From NCBI GenBank assembly GCA_043719475.1, contig JAYSTS010000293.1, positions 5,140 to 69,139 on the forward strand: 64,000 nt of DNA, written 5' to 3'. Below the pieces are notes generated by a model. It was not told the DNA's origin. It was given only the letters and a program-made list of their open reading frames with translations, and did not search any database. The translations under genes were made by a program, and so were the position numbers. Below are positions 1 to 9,315 of this stretch, piece after piece. Each line of letters starts with the position of its first letter. Within the stretch, counting starts at the first letter, position 1. Source of the stretch: Gammaproteobacteria bacterium. Lineage in GTDB: Bacteria; Pseudomonadota; Gammaproteobacteria; Pseudomonadales; Azotimanducaceae.

Positions 1-19
1 GTGCCATCGAATTTTCCGC

Positions 20-36
20 AGCACGGGATTGGCGCA
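20..36 (+). promoter_or_regulatory. possible NtrC enhancer-binding site upstream of glnA
   Basis: AGCACGGGATTGGCGCA resembles the NtrC dyad TGCACCA-N3-TGGTGCA (about 11 of 14 defined positions). It lies ~60 bp upstream of the sigma54 element. By-eye match only. Confidence 0.25.
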
Positions 37-87
37 TAAAGCCCGGGAATATGGATAATACGGTGCCCAATAGACACCTCCGGGCTA

Positions 88-103
88 TGGCATGTTCGTT
101 GCT
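88..103 (+). promoter_or_regulatory. sigma54 (RpoN) -24/-12 promoter, probable glnA promoter
   Basis: TGGCATGTTCGTTGCT matches TGGCAC-N5-TTGCW with the canonical GG/GC spacing and one mismatch. It is upstream of glnA, and the ntrBC genes are encoded downstream. Confidence 0.55.
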
Positions 104-317
104 TGATTTTTTGGATAGGTTCTAGATAGGTTTTAGATATGTTCTGAAGATGTTTTAAAGGCAGAGTGAGTACATTTCGAGCACAGGCGTCGTGCTCGAC
201 TGACACGCACAGAGCCGGGGGGAATGGGCCAAAAGGGCCGTGAAGGGGTAAAAGGCCAGCACACTATTCGAACTGGTCGAACTGGCTACACATCAGCAAG
301 TCACAAGGTAACAAGTA

Positions 318-1730
318 ATGTCAGACAACACTCTGAAGATGATTTCCGACCACGACGTGAAATGGGTAGATCTTCGTTTCACAGACCCGCGCGGCAAGGA
401 ACAGCACACCACGGTACCAGCAAAGAAAGTCACGAAAGAAACCTTTGTTGATGGCGTCATGTTTGACGGCTCGTCGATCGCCGGCTGGAAGGCCATCAAC
501 GAGTCCGACATGATTCTGATGCCCGATGACAGCACATCTGTAATGGACCCATTTCGTGATGATGCAACCCTGATCTTGCGTTGCGACATCATCGAGCCGA
601 GCACTATGCAGCCTTACGAGCGTGATCCACGTTCGGTCGGCAAGAAAGCCGAAGCCTACCTCGCATCAACCGGCATTGGTGATACGGCATTTTTCGGACC
701 GGAGCTAGAGTTCTTCGTATTCGACGACGTGCGATTCCATGTCGGCATGGGATCAAGTGGTTTCACCATCAACGCTGAAGAAGCAGCCTGGTCTTCCGGA
801 CTGGAATTTGAAGGCGGTAACCTCGGCCATCGTCCCCGCGTGAAAGGTGGTTACTTCCCGGTTCCGCCCGTGGATTCCGCTGCCGATCTTCGTTCTGCAA
901 TGTGCAACGCACTCGAATCGATGGGTATCGAAGTAGAAGTACATCACCACGAAGTAGCCACTGCTGGCCAGAACGAAATCGGCACGCGATTCAACACGCT
1001 GGTCAAAAAGGCTGATGAAACTCAGCTCTACAAGTACTGCGTGCACAACGTTGCTGACGCTTACGGCAAGACCGTAACCTTCATGCCGAAACCGCTGTTC
1101 GGTGACAACGGCAGTGGTATGCACGTGCACCAGTCCATTGCCAAGGGCAAGACCAACGTCTTCTACGGCGACGTGTATGCTGGTTTGTCAGAGACCGCGC
1201 TGTTCTACATCGGTGGAATCATCAAGCATGCAAAGGCCCTCAATGCCTTCACCAACCCTTCCACCAATTCGTACAAGCGACTGGTCCCGGGTTATGAAGC
1301 GCCAGTGCTGCTTGCCTATTCGGCTCGCAACCGTTCGGCATCGATTCGTGTGCCCTACATCCAGGGTGGCAATCCGCGTGGGTACCGCATCGAAGTGAGA
1401 TTCCCAGATAGCACTGCAAACCCATATTTCGCTTTCGCATCCATGCTGATGGCCGGCATTGATGGCATCAAGAACAAGATCCACCCTGGGGACAGCTTCG
1501 ACAAGGACCTCTACGACTTGCCAGCCGAGGAACTCAAGAACGTGCCGACGGTATGCGGCGCGCTGGATGAAGCGCTTGACTCCCTGGACAAGGATCGAGC
1601 CTTCCTGACGGTAGGTGGTGTGTTCACGGATGCGCTGATCGACTCCTATATCGCCCTCAAGCGTCAGGACGTTGATCGTCTGCGCATGACGCCGCATCCG
1701 GTCGAGTTCGATATGTACTACAGCGTCTGA
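318..1730 (+). CDS. glnA: glutamine synthetase, type I
   Basis: 470-aa ORF. N-terminus [25 protein letters not shown], and [17 protein letters not shown] (adenylylation-Tyr context) are classic GSI motifs. It is followed by ntrBC. Confidence 0.97.
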   Translation: MSDNTLKMISDHDVKWVDLRFTDPRGKEQHTTVPAKKVTKETFVDGVMFDGSSIAGWKAINESDMILMPDDSTSVMDPFRDDATLILRCDIIEPSTMQPYERDPRSVGKKAEAYLASTGIGDTAFFGPELEFFVFDDVRFHVGMGSSGFTINAEEAAWSSGLEFEGGNLGHRPRVKGGYFPVPPVDSAADLRSAMCNALESMGIEVEVHHHEVATAGQNEIGTRFNTLVKKADETQLYKYCVHNVADAYGKTVTFMPKPLFGDNGSGMHVHQSIAKGKTNVFYGDVYAGLSETALFYIGGIIKHAKALNAFTNPSTNSYKRLVPGYEAPVLLAYSARNRSASIRVPYIQGGNPRGYRIEVRFPDSTANPYFAFASMLMAGIDGIKNKIHPGDSFDKDLYDLPAEELKNVPTVCGALDEALDSLDKDRAFLTVGGVFTDALIDSYIALKRQDVDRLRMTPHPVEFDMYYSV

Positions 1731-1742
1731 TCCAACCGACTT

Positions 1743-1780
1743 GAGCCCCTGTTGTCTCGCGGCACCGGGGGCTTTTTTTT
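1743..1780 (+). terminator. rho-independent terminator after glnA
   Basis: GAGCCCC...GGGGC stem followed by a run of nine T, 13 nt after the glnA stop. Confidence 0.65.
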
Positions 1781-1829
1781 ACCTGCAAAAAGTCCACTAT
1801 CTACGACTCCGTCCGACTGGTGCCTGGCT

Positions 1830-2426
1830 GTGAAGTATTACGCTCACCTTCTCGTGTTCGCTCTCCTGCTATCTGGCTGGGCTATGGCTGAAAGCAGGAT
1901 CTATAAAACCAAGGATGCCAACGGGAACGTGATTTTCACCGATGTGCCGCCGGTAAAGGGTGGCAAGCCAGAAGACCCGATAGTCCTGAAAGAAACCAAC
2001 ACCTGGGCAGGACCGGGGACGGACAAGACCACTAAGCGGACACCCTGGATCGTCGACGAAAAAGGAGAAGCGACACCCGACGTTTTTGTGCCCTATTCAA
2101 CTCTGAGTATTGTAAGTCCCGCCAATGATGCCTCTGTTCGCGAAAACAGCGGTCGTGTCACCGTCATAGTCAGCGTCCTTCCGCCTCTGGCCGTAAATCT
2201 GCAGCTCCGATTGATCATGGACGGTAAAACCATGGGCCAGAATTCCGGCGCGAGCTTTCCACTCGAAAACGTTGATCGGGGCACGCACAGCCTGCTTCTG
2301 GAAGTGGTCAATTCAGCGGGCCAAAGTCTGCAGCAATCGTCTGTGACCACGTTTCATATGCAGCGTTATCACCTGCCTCCACCGAAACCAAAACCAAAGC
2401 CAAAACCGACAATAAAAACTGGTTAG
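1830..2426 (+). CDS. DUF4124-type secreted protein
   Basis: Signal peptide VKYYAHLLVFALLLSGWAMA, then IYKTKDANGNVIFTDVPP (DUF4124-like signature). The start was moved to GTG 1830 because the upstream part of the tracked ORF covers the glnA terminator. C-terminal PPPKPKPKPKP tail. Confidence 0.65.
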   Translation: MKYYAHLLVFALLLSGWAMAESRIYKTKDANGNVIFTDVPPVKGGKPEDPIVLKETNTWAGPGTDKTTKRTPWIVDEKGEATPDVFVPYSTLSIVSPANDASVRENSGRVTVIVSVLPPLAVNLQLRLIMDGKTMGQNSGASFPLENVDRGTHSLLLEVVNSAGQSLQQSSVTTFHMQRYHLPPPKPKPKPKPTIKTG

Positions 2427-2568
2427 GAACCGGTAGGCTTTAGTGACGGCACCAACACCTGAGTATTTTCAGGTGAACGATCTCCCAGTCTTCGACTTGC
2501 TCTCTCCAGCGTCATGCACTACTTTGGTGCACTTTGTCAGTGAGTAGTGCACTTGGTTCGGTTCTTGC

Positions 2569-3690
2569 TTGAACATGAAGTTGCGTATGACTGAATTCAT
2601 CCCTTTGGCCTCCCCGCGTACAACCGCCGCCTACATCGTCGACAATCAACGGACCGGGATTGTCGTGCTCGATGAAAACCTGATTCTGGTGTATCTGAAC
2701 CCCGCCGCAGAGAATCTCCTGAGCCGATCGAGAGAACAGACCATAGGCCTCTCTGTGAGCGAACTTCTGCAGGCTGACGACAACATCGTCCGGACCCTCA
2801 ACCGGGCACTCATCGATCTGCAATCGGTCACCGTCCGGAAATTAGAGATCACGCTGGCGGATCGAAGTCACCTGATCCTTGACGTGAGTGCGACGCCGTT
2901 ACCGGAGGAAAGAGCGTTGCTGCTGGAATTACAACCCCTGGATATCCAGTTGCGGTTCAGCCGCGATGACCAGTTGGCCAGTCAACAAGAAACGTCGCTG
3001 CAACTCATCCGTGGGCTCGCCCACGAAGTCAAGAATCCACTGGGCGGCATTCGCGGTGCGGCTCAGTTGCTGGCGCGCGAGCTGCCTTCCGAACAACTGC
3101 GCGAATATACGGGCATCATTCTGGGCGAGGTCGACCGACTGAGAGACCTCGTCGATCGCATGATGCGTCTGCGCTCTACGCCCCGCTTCGCGGAATGCAA
3201 CGTCCACGAAGTACTTGAGCGCGTTCTGGTGCTCGCCGGTGCCGAGTTCACGACAATCACCATGATCCGGGACTACGATCCCAGCCTGCCGTCCCTAATC
3301 GCTGATCGCGACCAACTGCTTCAGGCCTTTCTTAACGTTGTCAGAAATGCCTGCCAGGCTTTGCCGGGTACTGCCGGTCCAACGGTGAGGATTCGAACCC
3401 GAATCGCTCGCCAGTTGACCGTCGGCCGATATCGGCATCGCAGTGCTATCCGAATCGACATCGAAGATAACGGGCCCGGTGTGAATCCGGCACTCGCCGA
3501 ACGAATATTCTTCCCAATGATAAGCGGTCGGCCTGAAGGGACTGGCCTGGGTCTTGCATTGACACAGACCATCATCACGGATCACAGCGGAATCATCGAA
3601 TGCACAAGCAGGCCTGGCCAGACCGTGTTCACGATTCAGCTACCAACGTCGCAACCACAGGCTTCCCGGCCGGCCGTGGACGTATCTTGA
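2569..3690 (+). CDS. ntrB: nitrogen regulation sensor histidine kinase NtrB
   Basis: PAS-like N-terminus, H-box GLAHEVKNPLGGIRGAAQLL, and N/G boxes (NVVRNACQA, DNGPGV, GTGLGLAL). Located between glnA and ntrC. Confidence 0.9.
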   Translation: MNMKLRMTEFIPLASPRTTAAYIVDNQRTGIVVLDENLILVYLNPAAENLLSRSREQTIGLSVSELLQADDNIVRTLNRALIDLQSVTVRKLEITLADRSHLILDVSATPLPEERALLLELQPLDIQLRFSRDDQLASQQETSLQLIRGLAHEVKNPLGGIRGAAQLLARELPSEQLREYTGIILGEVDRLRDLVDRMMRLRSTPRFAECNVHEVLERVLVLAGAEFTTITMIRDYDPSLPSLIADRDQLLQAFLNVVRNACQALPGTAGPTVRIRTRIARQLTVGRYRHRSAIRIDIEDNGPGVNPALAERIFFPMISGRPEGTGLGLALTQTIITDHSGIIECTSRPGQTVFTIQLPTSQPQASRPAVDVS

Positions 3691-5102
3691 GCGGCAGAGT
3701 CTGGGTCGTCGACGATGATCGATCCATTCGCTGGGTATTGGAAAAAGCGCTCGATCAAGCGGGTATCCCGGTCACCTTGTTCTCGTCTGCAGAGGATGCG
3801 TTGGAGGCTTTGGCAAACGAAACACCAACCGTCATCCTCACTGATATTCGTATGCCCGGGATGGACGGCCTGAGCTTTGTCAAAGTCATCCAGGAGCGAG
3901 ACCCCAAACTACCCGTTGTTGTGATGACCGCTCACTCCGATCTGGAAAGCGCAGTGCAGAGTTATCAACACGGCGCCTTCGAGTATCTGGCCAAACCTTT
4001 TGACGTCGATGAAGCCGTCGCAGTGCTGACACGAGCCATCGCTCACGCAGAAGCAATTCGCGAGCAGGGTTCGATAACGGACGACGGACACAGCGATTCA
4101 AGAACCGAGATTATCGGCCAGGCACCAGCGATGCAGGATGTCTTCCGGGCGATTGGCCGGCTCGCTGCATCCAATGTCACGGTGCTGATCAATGGAGCTT
4201 CAGGCACTGGCAAAGAGCTTGTCGCGCGCGCTTTGCACGAACACAGCCCCCGAGCGAACTCAACATTTGTTGCCCTGAACATGGCAGCGATACCGAGCGA
4301 GCTCATCGAAAGTGAGCTGTTCGGGCACGAAAAAGGCGCATTCAGCGGAGCGGTTGCCCGCCGCATTGGCCGATTCGAACAAGCCCACGGCGGTACGTTG
4401 TTTCTTGATGAAATCGGTGACATGCCAGCGTCTGCGCAAACTCGATTGCTAAGAGTCTTATCGGCCGGTGAGTTCTTCCGTGTTGGAGGGCACTCTCCGG
4501 TACGGACCGACGTTCGCATCGTCGCCGCGACGCACCAGAACCTCCAGGAATTGGTCAAGGATGGCCGATTTCGCGAAGACCTTTTTCACCGATTGAATGT
4601 CATTCGCATCCATCTGCCCACGCTTGCCGAACGCCGGGCAGACGTTCCATTACTGGCCAGACACTTCCTGCAGACCGCCGCGCAGGAGCTGAACGTCGAG
4701 TGCAAACGACTGTCTTCTGCCGCACAGGAACTCCTCATGAACCTGCCTTGGCCAGGCAATGTGCGGCAATTGGAAAATACTTGTCGATGGTTAACCGTCA
4801 TGGCGCCGGGGCAGGAAGTCCAAACCGCAGATTTTCCGCAGGACCTGGTGCCTTCAGCCCGAGAAGTGCAGATCACCGCCGATCGAAGTTGGGAGGAGGC
4901 CCTGTCCGCCTGGGCAACCAACACGCTGCTCAGCGCTCCAGACACAAGGCTGCTCGATATCGCCACTCCAATTTTCGAGCGAACAGTCATTCTTGCCGCA
5001 TTGGCGAAGACTGGCGGACGCAAAAAGGACGCCGCAATACTGCTAGGCTGGGGACGTAACACGCTGACCCGGAAGATGCAGGAACTTGGCATGCCGGACT
5101 AG
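3687..5102 (+). CDS. ntrC: nitrogen regulation response regulator NtrC (sigma54 activator)
   Basis: Receiver domain (VWVVDDDRSIRW, DIRMPGMDG), AAA+ sigma54-interaction core (GASGTGKE, GAFSGA loop) and C-terminal Fis-type HTH. The start is placed at TTG 3687, overlapping the ntrB stop (TTGA). The tracked 3600 start would overlap ntrB by 90 nt. Confidence 0.92.
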   Translation: MSGRVWVVDDDRSIRWVLEKALDQAGIPVTLFSSAEDALEALANETPTVILTDIRMPGMDGLSFVKVIQERDPKLPVVVMTAHSDLESAVQSYQHGAFEYLAKPFDVDEAVAVLTRAIAHAEAIREQGSITDDGHSDSRTEIIGQAPAMQDVFRAIGRLAASNVTVLINGASGTGKELVARALHEHSPRANSTFVALNMAAIPSELIESELFGHEKGAFSGAVARRIGRFEQAHGGTLFLDEIGDMPASAQTRLLRVLSAGEFFRVGGHSPVRTDVRIVAATHQNLQELVKDGRFREDLFHRLNVIRIHLPTLAERRADVPLLARHFLQTAAQELNVECKRLSSAAQELLMNLPWPGNVRQLENTCRWLTVMAPGQEVQTADFPQDLVPSAREVQITADRSWEEALSAWATNTLLSAPDTRLLDIATPIFERTVILAALAKTGGRKKDAAILLGWGRNTLTRKMQELGMPD

Positions 5103-5108
5103 CCAGCC

Positions 5109-5570
5109 TTGTTCAACGTTGTGCTCTTCGAGCCTGAAATTCCTCCGAATACCGGCAATATCATCCGCCTTTGCGCGAATACCGGTACCCATCTACACCT
5201 GATCAGACCACTTGGATTTGAATGGTCGGATCGCCGCTTGAAGCGGGCCGGGCTCGACTATCACGAGTGGGCCCGAGTCAGCATCCATGACAATCTAACG
5301 GACTACCTGCGTGGCAAACCCCTCGAGCGTGTCTTCGCATTCACTACAAAAGGGAAAAGCGATCACCATGCTGTCAGCTACCTGGCCGCTGACACCCTGA
5401 TATTCGGCCCGGAAAGTCGTGGGCTCCCCGACGAGGTCTTGAACATGCTGCCACCATCGCAGCGGCTACGAATTCCGATGCAGCCTGCGTCAAGAAGCCT
5501 GAATCTCTCTAACGCCGTAGCGGTGGCCGTGTACGAAGCCTGGCGTCAGCATGACTTTGCCAGCAACTGA
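5109..5570 (+). CDS. trmL: tRNA (cytidine/uridine-2'-O)-methyltransferase TrmL (SpoU family)
   Basis: 153 aa. FNVVLFEPEIPPNTGNIIRLCANTG and C-terminal LNLSNAVAVAVYEAWRQ are typical of TrmL. Confidence 0.85.
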   Translation: MFNVVLFEPEIPPNTGNIIRLCANTGTHLHLIRPLGFEWSDRRLKRAGLDYHEWARVSIHDNLTDYLRGKPLERVFAFTTKGKSDHHAVSYLAADTLIFGPESRGLPDEVLNMLPPSQRLRIPMQPASRSLNLSNAVAVAVYEAWRQHDFASN

Positions 5571-5578
5571 TCGAAAGT

Positions 5579-6112
5579 TCAGTGCTTGATCGCGTCGGGG
5601 GACGGGCTGTTTCTCTGGGCTTCGGACTGATTCTCGGACTGAGCCTGCGCTTTTTGTTGTGCCACGGCCTGCCGATAGAGCGCTTCAAAGTTGACTGGGG
5701 CCAAGTGCAGCGGCGGAAAACCACCTCGCACAACCAGTGCATCAACGGATTCGCGAAGATACGGAAACAAGGTGGTGGGACAGATGGTACCCAGCGCTCG
5801 CTGGAGCAATTCTCCAACAATTCCCTGAACGTGAAACAGTCCGGCTTGCTGGGCTTCAACGATATACGCTGTTTTTCCGTTCGCCCGCTTGGCCCGCACT
5901 GTCGTACTCAATACCACTTCAAACAGGCCATTGGGGCCACCATTGGTGCGCGCGCCAATATCGACATTGAGCTCTGGCTTCCATTCCTCACCAAACACTT
6001 CGGGAGTGCCGGGAGATTCGAACGAAGCATCCTTGAGATAGATCCGATCGAGTCGAATCTGACCGTTACCCGAACCAGTCGACGTAACCGAATCCGCACT
6101 CTGCTCACTCAT
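5579..6112 (-). CDS. secB: protein-export chaperone SecB
   Basis: IRLDRIYLKDASFESPGTPEVF...LFPYLRESVDALVVRGGFPPLHLAPVNFEALY is SecB-like. The start was trimmed to the internal Met (MSEQSADS), which overlaps the upstream rhodanese stop by 4 nt. Confidence 0.9.
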   Translation of the reverse strand: MSEQSADSVTSTGSGNGQIRLDRIYLKDASFESPGTPEVFGEEWKPELNVDIGARTNGGPNGLFEVVLSTTVRAKRANGKTAYIVEAQQAGLFHVQGIVGELLQRALGTICPTTLFPYLRESVDALVVRGGFPPLHLAPVNFEALYRQAVAQQKAQAQSENQSEAQRNSPSPDAIKH

Positions 6113-6525
6113 GCGCGTACAACCGGTAGATTCTGATTCCGCCACTCCATGAAGCCACCGTTCAGTCGGCTGACATTGGCAAAACCTTTCTTGCGAAGAA
6201 TCGTGCCCGCAGCGCCGGCGTGCTGCCCCATTCGGCATATCAGCACGAGTGGTCGTTCCTTGTAGCGCGTCAACTCGTCCACCCGAGTTTCAATAGACGC
6301 ATAGGGGACATTCAGGGAACCAACCAGATGACCCTGGTCAAATTCCTTCTTGTCACGTAAATCGACCACGACTGCTTCTTCGCGATTCACGAGATCAACC
6401 AGTTTCTGCGTGCTGATTCCTGCGCCGCCTCGATTCATTTCATTGCGAATGAACAGCACCAGCAGAATCACAAAGCTGCCAGCGAGCATGGGATGATTGC
6501 CTAAGAACGCGAAGAACTGTTCCAT
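6109..6525 (-). CDS. membrane-anchored rhodanese-domain sulfurtransferase
   Basis: N-terminal TM helix, then a rhodanese fold with active-site loop CRMGQHAG. Located upstream of secB, as in many gammaproteobacteria. Confidence 0.8.
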   Translation of the reverse strand: MEQFFAFLGNHPMLAGSFVILLVLFIRNEMNRGGAGISTQKLVDLVNREEAVVVDLRDKKEFDQGHLVGSLNVPYASIETRVDELTRYKERPLVLICRMGQHAGAAGTILRKKGFANVSRLNGGFMEWRNQNLPVVRA

Positions 6526-6657
6526 GGAATGTCGGATTCAGAAAAAGGCGGCGATTATAGCCACTGGCGGGCAACTCACACTCCGGGAATTTCGGCTCGA
6601 CCAAATTCTCAAGAACCTGGCTAAACCGGCACTAGTTATCTACGGACTGACACGACG

Positions 6658-7632
6658 ATGACCTACACACTTTTCGGCGGCGAACTGAGTCTTTTTACGC
6701 GCAAACTGGAAGCGGCGATGAAATTCACGGGTCTACCGTTTGATTGCGTTGACAAGAACCACGCGAACCGCGAACTCCTGGAACTTCGTTCCGGAACCCA
6801 TCAGGTACCCGTCCTGCAGACGCCAGAGAACTGGGTACTTGCGGATACCACACCCATCATCGAGCTGCTCGATTCACGGATCGGAACTCGTCGACTTTTT
6901 CCCGAGGGTGCGATGGGCGCACTGGTTCATGTGTTGGAAGAGCATTTCGATGAGTGGATCGCCCGGACTTTGGTGCACTACCGCTGGCATTACCCGGCAA
7001 GCGCTGATTTCGCCGCCTCACGAATGGCCAACGGTGACGAATCGATCGCCCGTCGAATGCTTGACTGGGGACCGCGTGCCTGTCGGGCAACGGGCACGGA
7101 ATCACTCCTTCAGCAACGCGCTGCCGAAGCCGAGTATGAACGAATGCTGGTTGCCGCTGAGGCGCAACTGACGCAGACCGCTTTCCTCCTGGGTGATCGC
7201 CCAACGGCTCTGGATTGCATCGTGCTCGGTGGGCTGCGCGCGCATACGAACATGGATCCGGACCCAAAACGAATCGTGGCGGGCTTCCCCACGGTACTCG
7301 ACTGGTGTGAACGACGAGCCGATACATGGGATGGGTACGGAGAGCTTGCGTCAATCGACGACCCGACAGACTTCGCCGTTCACACTCTGGAAGAAATGCA
7401 TTCAACCTATGTGCCGTACATGCAGGGCATGAGATCTGCCCTTGCCGCTGGAGCCAAGGCTTGTCAGCTTGAAATCTATGGCGAGACCGTCAGCTACCTG
7501 ACGCGGGCCTATCCCGAAAAGTCACGGAAAATGGTCTCAAACCGAATCGCGCGACTCACAGGAACCGCGCGCAAGGACGCCCATGCCTTTCTCGATCAAT
7601 GGAAACTCACGGAGGTATTTGGCGCCGACTGA
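6658..7632 (+). CDS. glutathione S-transferase family protein with C-terminal extension
   Basis: Thioredoxin-like N-domain (THQVPVLQTPENWVLADTTPIIELL) and a GST_C-like segment (FLLGDRPTALDCIVLGGL). About 100 extra C-terminal residues. Confidence 0.55.
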   Translation: MTYTLFGGELSLFTRKLEAAMKFTGLPFDCVDKNHANRELLELRSGTHQVPVLQTPENWVLADTTPIIELLDSRIGTRRLFPEGAMGALVHVLEEHFDEWIARTLVHYRWHYPASADFAASRMANGDESIARRMLDWGPRACRATGTESLLQQRAAEAEYERMLVAAEAQLTQTAFLLGDRPTALDCIVLGGLRAHTNMDPDPKRIVAGFPTVLDWCERRADTWDGYGELASIDDPTDFAVHTLEEMHSTYVPYMQGMRSALAAGAKACQLEIYGETVSYLTRAYPEKSRKMVSNRIARLTGTARKDAHAFLDQWKLTEVFGAD

Positions 7633-7747
7633 ACTGCTCCAGACCGGCTGTGAGACTCGCGTCAGTCTGGGATTCGGACCCATAGTGTAGAATTCCCGCC
7701 GCCAATCGCAGACCACTAATCAGTCTTCAACATGCTTGGGCTCAAGA

Positions 7748-9310
7748 ATGCAAACTATGCATAAGGTCAGTCTACTCGTCATCCTCGATGGTTTCGGGCA
7801 CCAGCAACCAGGTCCTGACAACGCGATCAGTCAGGCGGTCACTCCAAATCTGGATCGGCTTCATCGAGAGTACCCACACACGCTGATCTCCGGCAGCGGA
7901 CTGGATGTGGGACTGCCAGATGGCCAGATGGGCAACTCTGAAGTCGGTCATATGCACCTCGGTGCAGGACGCGTTGTCTATCAGGACTTCACTCGTATCA
8001 AACGCGCGGTCGAACAGAACGAACTGGCCCGCAATTACGCCTTCACCAACGCATTCAGCAAGTTGCACAAGACAGGTGGTGCGCTGCACGTGATGGGGTT
8101 GTTGTCATCGGGCGGTGTACACAGCCATGAGGCGCAGATTTTTGCTGCGCTCCGTATCGCTCGGGAAGCTGGCATTCAAAAGGTCTATCTGCACGCGTTT
8201 CTGGACGGAAGGGACACACCACCAAAAAGCGCGATGGAATCCTTGCTGGCCGCAGAGGAGCTATTTACCCAGATCGGAGGGGGCTCAGTCGCCAGCATTT
8301 GCGGCCGCTACTTCGCCATGGACCGCGACCAACGCTGGGATCGACAGGAGCGTGCGTACAATCTTCTGGTGCGTGGAGAAGCTCCGTTCCACGCTGCTAC
8401 CGCGAGCGCCGGACTTGAACTGGCATACGCACGCGGCGAGACAGATGAGTTTGTACAACCAACAGCAATACATGCCGCCGGCTCCTTGCCGATTCGCTTT
8501 GCGGATGGCGATGCCGTGCTGTTCATGAACTTTCGTGCAGACCGAGCACGACAGCTCACACGAGCGATCATTGATCCTGTATTCACGGGCTTCGAGCGTC
8601 GCAGCACTGTCAGACTCTGCGACTTCGTGATGTTGACGCGCTACGCAGACGATATCGATGCATCCTGTGCATTCGACACCCCACAGCTTCGCAACACGCT
8701 GGGTGAGTACCTCTCACATCTGCATAAACGACAACTGCGAGTCGCCGAAACGGAAAAATACGCGCACGTGACTTTCTTTTTTTCCGGCGGTCGAGAAGAG
8801 CCGTTCACAGGCGAAGATCGAATCCTTGTGCCATCGCCGAGGGTTGCCACCTATGACCTGCAACCAGAAATGAGTGCAAGCGCCGTCACTGACGCCCTGG
8901 TCAAGGCGATCAAGGATCAGCATTACGACGTCATCATCTGCAACTATGCCAATGGCGATATGGTTGGCCATACCGGAATAATGTCCGCCGCCGTGCTTGC
9001 CGTTGAAACACTGGACGCCTGCCTCGGACGATTGATGGAGGCAACCGAACAAGTGGGCGGGCAAATGCTCATCACGGCCGATCATGGCAACTGCGAACAA
9101 ATGATGGATCACGAGACAGGGCAACCGCATACCGCACACACCTGTGAACCGGTCCCATTGATCTACTTCGGCCCGACGTCACTGTCCATGGTGGCGGGAG
9201 GTTCCCTGCAGGACGTAGCTCCGACATTACTCAATCTGATGGGTATTGATGCGCCCGAGGAAATGACCGGGCGTTCGCTGGTCGAGATCCGCGCGCAGCG
9301 CAGCGCCTGA
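7748..9310 (+). CDS. gpmI: 2,3-bisphosphoglycerate-independent phosphoglycerate mutase
   Basis: LVILDGFGH, GNSEVGHMHLGAGR and ADHGNCEQM motifs. The start is ambiguous (7736, 7748 or 7757). Confidence 0.93.
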   Translation: MQTMHKVSLLVILDGFGHQQPGPDNAISQAVTPNLDRLHREYPHTLISGSGLDVGLPDGQMGNSEVGHMHLGAGRVVYQDFTRIKRAVEQNELARNYAFTNAFSKLHKTGGALHVMGLLSSGGVHSHEAQIFAALRIAREAGIQKVYLHAFLDGRDTPPKSAMESLLAAEELFTQIGGGSVASICGRYFAMDRDQRWDRQERAYNLLVRGEAPFHAATASAGLELAYARGETDEFVQPTAIHAAGSLPIRFADGDAVLFMNFRADRARQLTRAIIDPVFTGFERRSTVRLCDFVMLTRYADDIDASCAFDTPQLRNTLGEYLSHLHKRQLRVAETEKYAHVTFFFSGGREEPFTGEDRILVPSPRVATYDLQPEMSASAVTDALVKAIKDQHYDVIICNYANGDMVGHTGIMSAAVLAVETLDACLGRLMEATEQVGGQMLITADHGNCEQMMDHETGQPHTAHTCEPVPLIYFGPTSLSMVAGGSLQDVAPTLLNLMGIDAPEEMTGRSLVEIRAQRSA

Positions 9311-9315
9311 TTACC

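Noticed and set aside
63-79. GGTGCCCAATAGACACC as a second NtrC site.
   Set aside because: The half-site orientation is inverted relative to the TGCACC...GGTGCA dyad, and the match is weak.
1752-1829. Upstream extension of the DUF4124 ORF (MSRGTGGFFLPAK...).
   Set aside because: It reads through the glnA terminator hairpin and T-run. A signal peptide begins at GTG 1830.
3600-3686. Upstream extension of ntrC overlapping the last 90 nt of ntrB.
   Set aside because: The receiver domain starts right after TTG 3687, which overlaps the ntrB stop. The extension has no NtrC similarity.
4043-5092. Minus-strand ORFs 4043-4558 and 4586-5092 (171 and 168 aa).
   Set aside because: They are antisense to ntrC and have an S/R/A-rich composition.
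5582-6136. 184-aa plus-strand ORF.
   Set aside because: It is antisense to secB, which has clear homology. No motifs are visible.
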